This document shows, one piece after another, positions 19,817 to 27,362 of a stretch of 64,000 nt of DNA (its first letter is position 1; each line of letters starts with the position of its first letter). The position numbers and the translations under genes were made by a program. This DNA is from an uncultured Elusimicrobia bacterium (GTDB lineage: Bacteria > Elusimicrobiota > Elusimicrobia > 2-01-FULL-59-12): assembly GCA_963702895.1 (NCBI GenBank), contig OY969767.1, positions 928,001-992,000 on the forward strand, in the 5' to 3' direction. The notes under the pieces are model-generated. The model had not been told where the DNA came from, did no database searches, and saw only the letters and a program-made list of their open reading frames with translations.

Positions 19817-21117
19817 CGCGCGGCCTCTTTCTTGGGGATGGCCTTGTCCGCGTTCAAGGAAAGATTGAGGGACAGAACTTTTTGGAGCCGTGATTCTTTG
19901 ATGTCTTGGCTGACATCATCCGGTTCTTGAGCGGAAGTCGTGCCGGGCCTTGGCGAATATTGAAAGGCGAAAAGGCCATTAAACCGAACTTCTTCAATCA
20001 GGGAGAGGCTCTCGTCAAAATCTTCATCCGATTCGCCGGGATAACCGACAATGATGTCGGTTGTCAGGCTGATCCCAGGCAAGGCCTTTCTCAAACGTCT
20101 TACGACATCCAGATAATCCTCACGGGAGTAAAGTCGCTTCATCCGGGAAAGAACTGCGCTCGAGCCGGACTGAACGGGCAAGTGGACATGGCGGGCGACT
20201 TTCTCGCACGATTGGATGGCTTCCACCACGCGCTCACGCATGTGGACCGGATGAGGGCTCATGAAACGGATGAGTTCGACGCCTGGGAGGGCGTTGACGG
20301 CGCGCAGCAAGTCCGCGAAATCAACGACCGTATCGGGGTAACGGGGTAACGGGGTAACGGTGTCACGGCTTAACTGAGATGTTGTGACTTCGTTACTCCG
20401 ATACTCCGGTACTCCGGTACTCCGATACTCCGGTACTCCGATACTCCGGTACTCCGATACTCCGGTACGGTAGTAATAAGAATTGACGGTCTGTCCCAAC
20501 AGCATCACTTCGCGGTATCCTTCGGCAACCTTCTTCTGAATTTCGCTCAGGATCTCGGCGACGGGGCGGTACTTCTCCCGACCGCGTACCTGGGGCACGA
20601 TGCAGTAGGAGCAAGCGAGGTTACAGCCGCGCATGATGGTGATGTAGGCCGTTGACTCATTTCCAAAAAGGCCGTCCGACGTGCGACGTCCGACGCCAAT
20701 CTCCGGACCTCGGACCTCGGACCTCGGACGAAAAAGCGCAGCTTCATTTCCCCAATTCCACCTGTCCTTCAACACTTGCGCGATCGCTTCTGGAAAGTTT
20801 TCGATTTGGGTAGCGGGCGAGACAAGATCTACAAAAGGGTATTTCTTTTTGAGGGAGTCCCCCCAGAGGCTTGCCGCGCAGCCCGCGACAATAAGGAGCC
20901 GGTCCGGATTTTCTCTTTTCCAGTCGCGGAGTCGCCCGAGGTTGGAGATCGCCTTGTGTTCGGCATGTTCGCGCACGGTGCAGGTGTTCATGATCAGGAC
21001 ATCGGCGTCATCGGGTTCCAACGTCCGGACGAGCCCGCGCTCCCGGAGCGGCTGGGCCATCTCCTCCGAATCCGCGACGTTCATCTGACAACCGTAGGTG
21101 ATGAGGTGGTATTTCAT
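19810..21117 (-). CDS. miaB: tRNA methylthiotransferase MiaB with two repeat-derived insertions and no TRAM domain
   Basis: TYGCQMN, NTCTVRE, GCNLACSYC, LLGQTVNSY, HLPVQSGS, DIIVGYPGE, YSPRPGT. Confidence 0.92.
   Translation of the reverse strand: MKYHLITYGCQMNVADSEEMAQPLRERGLVRTLEPDDADVLIMNTCTVREHAEHKAISNLGRLRDWKRENPDRLLIVAGCAASLWGDSLKKKYPFVDLVSPATQIENFPEAIAQVLKDRWNWGNEAALFRPRSEVRGPEIGVGRRTSDGLFGNESTAYITIMRGCNLACSYCIVPQVRGREKYRPVAEILSEIQKKVAEGYREVMLLGQTVNSYYYRTGVSEYRSIGVPEYRSTGVPEYRSNEVTTSQLSRDTVTPLPRYPDTVVDFADLLRAVNALPGVELIRFMSPHPVHMRERVVEAIQSCEKVARHVHLPVQSGSSAVLSRMKRLYSREDYLDVVRRLRKALPGISLTTDIIVGYPGESDEDFDESLSLIEEVRFNGLFAFQYSPRPGTTSAQEPDDVSQDIKESRLQKVLSLNLSLNADKAIPKKEAARW
20330..20468. 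repeat. Paired octamer tandem arrays inside miaB
   Basis: (CGGGGTAA)x3 at 20334-20357 and ~9 copies of NTACTCCG at 20393-20464. Confidence 0.95.
20673..20730. repeat. Paired heptamer arrays inside miaB
   Basis: cgtccgacgtgcgacgtccgacg ... ggacctcggacctcggacctcggacg. Confidence 0.85.
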
Positions 21118-21603
21118 CTACATCCTGAATATGGGAACAAGCATTATCCTGAATAGCGAAAATATAAGCACCGATAGTGAAAGAAAAGAATATACCAGCC
21201 AACCCGCTGATGTGCGGTAAACGAACTTCAATACAATCCACTTGGCGGCCCCAGTCACAAGAGCTTCCAGCACAAGCCAGAATAACCAATGGGGTCCCGT
21301 TGGGTAAACATAGCTTGAAAGTTCAGCAGACCAATATTTCTCTGTTGGGGTTGGGATGACGAAGCTCGAACCCGCAACGGTTAGAGCCGTCATGATGAGA
21401 AGAGCGCTGGCTTGTTGCTGACGTGAAAGGTTGGAAGACCGCAATGAAATCAAAAAATCGATTGTTGCGGAAACGACCAAACCCGGAAGCAACGCCCCTA
21501 GATTTTGAAAAGGTTGCTTTCGAAAAATAGCGACCTCTAAACGGCTCCATACTATTGGTTCACCCAAATAGCTCATATCATGCAGCCACCTTAAATTGGG
21601 CAA
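21118..21603 (-). CDS. Hypothetical membrane protein (cassette abutting miaB)
   Basis: About 4 hydrophobic segments; its TAG stop directly abuts the miaB ATG. Confidence 0.55.
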   Translation of the reverse strand: MPNLRWLHDMSYLGEPIVWSRLEVAIFRKQPFQNLGALLPGLVVSATIDFLISLRSSNLSRQQQASALLIMTALTVAGSSFVIPTPTEKYWSAELSSYVYPTGPHWLFWLVLEALVTGAAKWIVLKFVYRTSAGWLVYSFLSLSVLIFSLFRIMLVPIFRM

Positions 21604-21980
21604 AATGCACTTTCTGCTCCCACCGTAAGAGCTTGCACAACGGGGGAAAGTCTTTGAGTGGCGGCTTCATCCGACAATACTGCTTTGCATCCAATTTGTT
21701 CGGTACCATCGCCAAGCGCTAGCGTCCCCATCCTTTGAGCTTAGAGGAAGGAGCAGTCCTCGGCGGTGCGCGAGATGGGTGACAGGCACCAATCTAACGC
21801 ATTTCATAGTATTTTCCTCGTTCTTAGATCTCGGTCCCATTCTTCGCTGGACGGTTGTTACGCGATGATCACCAAATAATCTTCTTCCGGGCTGCACACA
21901 ACGTGGATTGTCCTCGCGGCAGAGGTAATTCCCATCCTATGGCAGCTACGCATAAGGCAACCTTTATGCGAATCGAATGG

Positions 21981-22181
21981 TCAGGCGGCTTTTCGAGGAT
22001 GGAGAGCCTCATCCAGACTGACATAGCCAGCCTGGATCGCAGAACAAACGCGCATAAGATGAAGCTCATACATCATGTCATCAGTAGGGAATTCCTCGCG
22101 AACATGCTTCGCCAATAGCTGTAGCTTCTCTGACGGAACCTTGGCCTCTCGGGCAACTGCTTCATAGTCGAAATAACGCAT
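21981..22181 (-). CDS. Small hypothetical protein, probable antitoxin-like partner of the PIN protein
   Basis: RBS AAGGAG; lies 12 nt after the PIN stop; REEFPTDDMMYELH. Confidence 0.7.
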   Translation of the reverse strand: MRYFDYEAVAREAKVPSEKLQLLAKHVREEFPTDDMMYELHLMRVCSAIQAGYVSLDEALHPRKAA

Positions 22182-22193
22182 GATATCGCTCCT

Positions 22194-22649
22194 TTAAATT
22201 TCTGGCGGAGCTACGATCTCAATGGTCGGCAACCCACGTGCTGTGTTGAGTTGGTTGACTAACGCCCGCCGGCGCCGGTTGACCAGATGCTTAAAATTCC
22301 ATGACAGAAGGATGTCTTGCCGCGACAAAACTGCTGCCGAAACGTGAAGCGCGTCGTCAGCCATCGTTGGCAAGAAAATGCCGCCATCAATATAATGCTT
22401 TGCCAATTCTTTCATTTCGGCGTCGATCTTCAACAGATTAAATCCTTCCAGTAATTTCAGAAGCTTAACGCGATGATCCGGATCGGGAGTTCGGGCCAGT
22501 TCTTGACGCGCCAACTCCGATGTCGAGAACTCATACTGATGAAGCCGCTTCCAAAATTCTGTTGTATCGGCCTTCCGCTCCGGCGCGCGGTCATCGAGAT
22601 AGGCGCTGAAAACGGAAGTATCCAAATAAACTCGGAGCTTTATAGACAT
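22194..22649 (-). CDS. PIN-domain (VapC-like) toxin
   Basis: VYLDTSV..., DALHVSAA, LLSWNFKHLVN. Confidence 0.9.
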   Translation of the reverse strand: MSIKLRVYLDTSVFSAYLDDRAPERKADTTEFWKRLHQYEFSTSELARQELARTPDPDHRVKLLKLLEGFNLLKIDAEMKELAKHYIDGGIFLPTMADDALHVSAAVLSRQDILLSWNFKHLVNRRRRALVNQLNTARGLPTIEIVAPPEI

Positions 22650-22862
22650 CGTATCACCGCGATAATTTTAGCACCTTGAAGCTCACTTGCTTAAAATCTT
22701 TGAGCGCTTGAAAAGCTGCTGGATAGGCTAAAAGGCCTGTTCGTCGCCTACTGAAAGCGTCTGGGCTACGTAGAGCACCCTCATCAAGGCGGCTTCCTCC
22801 ACGCTGACGGGTTGATATCCAATTTGTCGCATATGGCCAGCCGTAGGTAATGAGATGATATT

Positions 22863-23171
22863 TCATGGATGTCCGCTAAGTAAGAAACGTTGTGCCAACT
22901 TGCCCAAACCATAAAGGAGGAAACAATAAAAGGTCGCAACAAGGATAACTCCCGGCCAAGTGGGGAAGGACCAATAAGCGCTCATGCCAAGGCCCAGGGG
23001 ACGTAGCACTGGTCGTGCAGGCAGATATATTGCGTAGGCGAGTGATAGCAGATTAGTCGCCAGAACCGGTAGGTGCTCTCCCCATAGCGACAATACCGCC
23101 AGGCTGGAGATATTCCACACCAAGAATGCGCCGGGAAGAAGAAGGGCCAGATGCCGCTTAAGGTATGTCAC
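22863..23171 (-). CDS. Hypothetical membrane protein, copy A
   Basis: RBS GGAGG with GTG start; about 3 TM segments; stop overlaps the miaB-repeat ATG; near-identical to 25685..25993. Confidence 0.7.
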   Translation of the reverse strand: MTYLKRHLALLLPGAFLVWNISSLAVLSLWGEHLPVLATNLLSLAYAIYLPARPVLRPLGLGMSAYWSFPTWPGVILVATFYCFLLYGLGKLAQRFLLSGHP

Positions 23172-23463
23172 ATTCCTCCCCTATCGCATGCTCGGCTGCC
23201 CATGCGAGCGTCCGCGCAATACCTTCCAGTCTATCTGCCGCCAAAATCCGCTTGGCAGAACAGTGAATCCAATCCATTCGGCCAGCCATAGGCGATCAAA
23301 AAATAGTTCATTTTTAGGGTTGTTTTGAGATGCCGGATTCATTAGAGCCAAACCCATCGATGAAAACTTCAGTGGGTGGTCAGAACCGTACGTAACCACG
23401 CCGGAGATCATATCGTGAATTTGGAGGCCATGGGCCTCTCAGAAAGAACAGGCCTCAGTCACT

Positions 23464-23745
23464 TTAAGCGGCCCGGTGGTGCGAGCGGTGGTTGATGGCG
23501 CGGGCCACCAGCGGATAGCGTTCGGGATGCGTCAGCGATTCCAAGGCCAGATCGATATCAAGGTCCGGCCAATAGAGGTGACTCCCATGGAGCAGGCTCA
23601 CATGGTGAATTTGGTTTATGGTGGCGTTTCCGAACCACGGGAACAGCCGATAAGGCAAAAAGTATTCTTGTCCTTTCACCAGCAGCCATACAGCCTGCTT
23701 GTTGACACTCAAAATCTCAACGGCTGAAATGCTCTTTCCATGCAT
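23464..23745 (-). CDS. DUF2442-like protein (TA-like pair)
   Basis: FLPY..FPWF, LYWPDLDIDLALESL; likely start MHGK at 23745, overlapping the upstream gene. Confidence 0.8.
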   Translation of the reverse strand: MHGKSISAVEILSVNKQAVWLLVKGQEYFLPYRLFPWFGNATINQIHHVSLLHGSHLYWPDLDIDLALESLTHPERYPLVARAINHRSHHRAA

Positions 23746-23956
23746 GGATAATCTCCACTTTCCGAGATTCAATGATACGGCGTAACTCCAGGAGTCGTCG
23801 CGACGTGAAACCACTATGGGTCGCAAGGGACACAATGGGTTCAAGCCAGAATTTCGCTTCTCCTTCTGGCGAGACCACATGAACATGAATGCGTGATTCT
23901 TCGCGTGAAAAGAAGAAAAAGCGGTAATTCTTATGACGAAATATCGTTGGACTCAC
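23717..23956 (-). CDS. DUF4160-like protein (TA-like pair)
   Basis: PTIFR..YRFFFFSRE..HVHV....GEAKFWL...AW.EHF. Confidence 0.85.
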   Translation of the reverse strand: MSPTIFRHKNYRFFFFSREESRIHVHVVSPEGEAKFWLEPIVSLATHSGFTSRRLLELRRIIESRKVEIIHAWKEHFSR

Positions 23957-24004
23957 GGGTTATGACTAAAATTATACCCTTTCTCCTCTTGCTTGTGGTA
24001 TCCC

Positions 24005-24196
24005 GCGCAAACGCCCCAGGTTGGAGAGGGCCTTGTGCTCGGCATGCTCGCGCACGGTGCAGGTGTTCATGAGGATGACGTCCGCTTGTCCGACGTCCGA
24101 CGTCTGAAGGAACCCGCGATCCTGGAGCGGCTGGGCCATCTCCTCCGAATCCGCGACGTTCATCTGGCATCCATATGTAATCAGGTGGTATTTCAT
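24005..24196 (-). pseudogene. miaB: 64-codon duplicate of the miaB N-terminus
   Basis: MKYHLITYGCQMNVADSEEMAQPL...MNTCTVREHAEHKALSNLGRLR, then unrelated sequence. Confidence 0.92.
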
Positions 24197-24762
24197 TTGA
24201 GCTGTAGACTGTTAAGAATCTCTAGGTAAATATTCTTGAACAGTGGTTGTGAGAGTGGATAGATGATTTCGATAACGTCAGCTTTTTTATAAGCCTGAAT
24301 GTAGTAGTGTGCGTTACGCCCGATCTCAGAAACCTCGCAACGGATGGCAGGACGTTTGCCAACGGTAACCTGTTCTACCTGCAAGGGTGGAGTTGTGGCG
24401 TTGTGATAAAAATCTTTTGCCTCAAACCACTTATGTATGGCGAGCTTCTGCGGATTTTGATTAACACCTAAATTTATAGTGAAGTTGGATTCGTTATCTA
24501 AGCTTTTGTCATTTTCTTCCGAAAACTCTTTCACATTGCTTAGAGTAACGCGGTATAAGTCTGTAAACGTTTTTTCTCGCACATGCCATTCCGATGGATA
24601 TCGGAGCTGAATTCCTGCCGTTTCCAATTTTAAGTTTGACCATGGCGATGGATCAGACATAACGGGCTGTACGCTGCACAGTGTCAAAAAGCTGGTAAAC
24701 GCAGCGGTTGCTAATATGTACACGACATTTCTCAATCTTTGCATGGCTTCAGCGCACCTCAA
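24193..24762 (-). CDS. Secreted hypothetical protein (possibly PsbP-like fold)
   Basis: Signal-like N-terminus; GIQLRYPSEW motif; ends ILNSLQLK with TGA overlapping the repeat ATG. Confidence 0.7.
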   Translation of the reverse strand: MRCAEAMQRLRNVVYILATAAFTSFLTLCSVQPVMSDPSPWSNLKLETAGIQLRYPSEWHVREKTFTDLYRVTLSNVKEFSEENDKSLDNESNFTINLGVNQNPQKLAIHKWFEAKDFYHNATTPPLQVEQVTVGKRPAIRCEVSEIGRNAHYYIQAYKKADVIEIIYPLSQPLFKNIYLEILNSLQLK

Positions 24763-24813
24763 TTGATATCCAATTTGTTTTATATGGCCAGCCGTAGGTG
24801 ATCAGGTAATATT

Positions 24814-25383
24814 TCATTCGATAACCTGAGCTTCTTTTTGAAGTCGCAACCATTCGGCTTCGATCGCCAACTCTTTGGCCCAAAGGTTGATGTAAGTTAA
24901 ATCAAGTTTGTTGAATTGCACTTCATAAACACGAAGCGCATCGATGAATTGTTTTTCGCTGCCACCGGATTGTTGTGCCCATCGCAGCTTCATTAGGATC
25001 GTATCTTCAGCCCGAGTCACCTGCATCTTCAAGCCGAAGAAATCTTCAGTGTATCGCCGCTGAAATCGGGACTGATCAAAGGCATCAGAAGTCAGGGGCC
25101 AGAAGTCGACCTTGTCCCCACCATTGACATCGATGAGGTTCACCATTTGACCGGATTTCAAAGCGTCGCGGAGGCCATCCGCGTCTAGATAATAGTGAGG
25201 GGACGGGAAGGCGGCGAGAAGCCGTGGGATGGAGGCCGCTTGGATTGCGATGACCACATCGATATCATGCGTGGCTCGCGGTTCTCCTTGCAGGCTGGAA
25301 ACCACCGATCCCGTGATCATGTAATCGATTTGCGCGGATTCGAGTGTTTGAACGACTTTGCTTAGTAATTCCTGTTGTGACAT
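24814..25383 (-). CDS. Nucleotidyltransferase-fold protein
   Basis: YMITGSVVSSLQGEPRATHDIDVV; EDTILMKL.W; KQ..DA. Confidence 0.8.
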   Translation of the reverse strand: MSQQELLSKVVQTLESAQIDYMITGSVVSSLQGEPRATHDIDVVIAIQAASIPRLLAAFPSPHYYLDADGLRDALKSGQMVNLIDVNGGDKVDFWPLTSDAFDQSRFQRRYTEDFFGLKMQVTRAEDTILMKLRWAQQSGGSEKQFIDALRVYEVQFNKLDLTYINLWAKELAIEAEWLRLQKEAQVIE

Positions 25384-25565
25384 TTATCGAGCCGGTCGCG
25401 GACAATTTCTTGTAGTTTTTCTCCTGAGATCCCGGCGAAGCGTTTGCGCAGTCCATGAATAAAGAGCTGTTTGGAAAATTCAGACAGTTCAAACGCCTTT
25501 TGCAGCCGCTGAGCAGGCGACAACGCGCGCAACATCCGCAGATAAACGGGAGAGTTCTTTTTCAT
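25362..25565 (-). CDS. Small antitoxin-like protein upstream of the nucleotidyltransferase
   Basis: LRALSPAQRLQKAFELSE; overlaps the downstream gene; TACAAT -10-like box upstream. Confidence 0.7.
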   Translation of the reverse strand: MKKNSPVYLRMLRALSPAQRLQKAFELSEFSKQLFIHGLRKRFAGISGEKLQEIVRDRLDKCHNRNY

Positions 25566-25684
25566 GTGGGATGCGACTATTGTACTCAGATTATGCGGGC
25601 ACCTGAACGGCTCCGATTGCGTGGCACTGATTGTTCAGTAGGAACCCTGAACGTATGGCCAGCCGTAAGTGATGAGGTGGTACT

Positions 25685-25993
25685 TCATGGGTGTCCGTCA
25701 AAAAAGTAACGCTGTGCCAACTTGCCCAAACCATAAAGGAGGAAACAATAAAAGGTCGCAACAAGGATTACGCCCGGCCAAGTGGGGAAGGACCAATAAG
25801 CGCTCATGACAAGGCCCAGGGGACGTAGCAGTGGTCGTGCAGGCAGATAGATTGCGTAGGCGAGTGATAGCAGATTAGTCGCCAGAACCGGTAGGTGTTC
25901 TCCCCATAGCGACAATACCGCCAGGCTGGAGATATTCCACACCAAGAATGCGCCGGGAAGAAGAAGGGCCAGATGCCGCTTAAGGTATGTCAC
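25685..25993 (-). CDS. Hypothetical membrane protein, copy A'
   Basis: Differs from 22863..23171 at 6 of 102 residues. Confidence 0.7.
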   Translation of the reverse strand: MTYLKRHLALLLPGAFLVWNISSLAVLSLWGEHLPVLATNLLSLAYAIYLPARPLLRPLGLVMSAYWSFPTWPGVILVATFYCFLLYGLGKLAQRYFFDGHP

Positions 25994-26189
25994 ATTCCTC
26001 CCCTATCGCATGCTCGGTTGTCCATGCGAGCGTCCGCGCAATACCTTCCAGTCTATCTGCCGCCAAAATCTGCTTGGCAGGATAGTGAATCCAATCCATT
26101 CGGCCAGCCGTGCCACTTCCTGTTTTGAGAATAGGCGGCACCGTTCGGGCACAAACGCATGCCCTCGCGGAAGGTGATGAGGTGGAATT

Positions 26190-27023
26190 TCACGTGGCGC
26201 CTCTCTTCTTGGCGACGACAACGAGAGAGCCTCCCCACGGAAGCGACCGGCCTGAGAAAATCAATCTCTCGTCGGCCCGCATCACGAAATCTCCCATGGC
26301 ATCCAACCACGGCGGGAGATGCAATTCGCTGTCATCCATTCCGCTCCGTTTTTTCATAAACCGATTCTTGACTCTTGAAAGATACATGGCAGGAAAGAGT
26401 GAAAACACAAAGGAGCTGATGAAAGAGACCTCGAGCCCTGCTTGAGACACCTTTTGCACCAGTTCTTTGCGAGAGTACCTGCGTTTATGCATTGCAACAA
26501 CGTCAGTTTGACTCCAGAGGGATGGGTGTTGAGGGACTGTCAAGAACAGTAGTCCGTTGACTTTCAGAGCAGCATGGATCTGTTTAAGGACGATGACATC
26601 ATTCTCGATATGTTCAAGAACATCAAATACCCCAATTCCATCGAAGGCTTCCACGTAAGGTAAGCGCGTTGCATCCAGCTGAACCAGTTCCACACCATCG
26701 AGCCTCTTGGCAGCCCATTTTAGACCAGCGAGGTTCAATTCTGCCCCGGTCAAATGAAGATTCTTAAATTTCGACAGCCCGTTCAGAACAAATCCTGTTC
26801 CGCATCCAATCTCGAGAAACTTCGCTGTGCGATTTCCAAAGTGCTGGCATATGAGGTGCTCAAGGATACGTTGCCTGCTACGGAACCAAAAACTTCCCGC
26901 CTCCGACCTGTAGAGCGCTGGGTAGCTTTCAGGAGGAAAATCAGAATTTCCGGAACCCAGTTCGGGAGCGTAACATTTGATGTTATCGATAACTACGTAT
27001 GAAGGTTCAGTCCCTTCGCTCAT
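26190..27023 (-). CDS. Class I SAM-dependent methyltransferase
   Basis: FWFRSR, LEIGCGTG, FDVLEHI, TVP..P.LWS..D....HKRRYS. Confidence 0.9.
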   Translation of the reverse strand: MSEGTEPSYVVIDNIKCYAPELGSGNSDFPPESYPALYRSEAGSFWFRSRQRILEHLICQHFGNRTAKFLEIGCGTGFVLNGLSKFKNLHLTGAELNLAGLKWAAKRLDGVELVQLDATRLPYVEAFDGIGVFDVLEHIENDVIVLKQIHAALKVNGLLFLTVPQHPSLWSQTDVVAMHKRRYSRKELVQKVSQAGLEVSFISSFVFSLFPAMYLSRVKNRFMKKRSGMDDSELHLPPWLDAMGDFVMRADERLIFSGRSLPWGGSLVVVAKKRGAT

Positions 27024-27356
27024 GAATAGGACCCTGGGTGTTCTGCATTGCTTTGGCGAGCCGTGACGCCACCCGCGAAATTAGATACGTCCGACGCCAT
27101 AGCACCGTTGCAATATCCAGTGGACAGCGAATTCTGGCCAAAAAATGGCGGCAATGCCAATCGATGAGAAGATTGCGATGACCGACATGGGGATCATAAG
27201 GCCGCGTTCAAACATTAGCGAAAAACCTTTCTGTGCCCATCGGGAGCGTCTGGGCCGCCTTCAGGAACCTTGCTTCTGGGTACTCCTCGGCGAAAAGATG
27301 CTGAATCAAACCCATTCGACCAGACATAGGTGATCAAGTGGTATTTCACGTCGGAG

Positions 27357-27362
27357 ATTATA
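27357..27362 (-). promoter_or_regulatory. -10 box (TATAAT) 7 nt upstream of the outermost miaB-start copy
   Basis: Minus strand reads cagTATAATctccgacGTGAAATACCAC. Confidence 0.6.

Larger units (their letters stand above)
21092..27349 (-). repeat. Array of miaB 5'-end direct repeats delimiting gene cassettes
   Basis: Start codons of the copies: 21117 (functional), 22866, 23311, 24196, 24817, 25688, 26193, 27349. Approximate consensus RTGAARTAYCAYCTSATYACNTAYGG. Confidence 0.92.

Noticed and set aside
20393..20464. Octamer array as a CRISPR or RNA gene
   Set aside because: It is a simple tandem repeat without spacers, inside an open reading frame.
21667..21897. Further miaB-start copy near 21700-21810
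   Set aside because: Only the ACAAATTGGAT tail motif and an ATGAAAT match; there is no YHLITYG similarity.
22841..26109. DGR template/variable repeat pair
   Set aside because: Differences are not adenine-specific (for example GTG/CTG), and no reverse transcriptase is in the window.
21092..27349. CRISPR array interpretation of the ~26-bp repeats
   Set aside because: Spacers are 0.4-1.7 kb and gene-bearing, the repeats are coding and degenerate, and there are no cas genes.
21118..27349. Classical integron or prophage
   Set aside because: No IntI or phage genes, and I could not see canonical attC hairpins by eye. An IntegronFinder run would confirm this.
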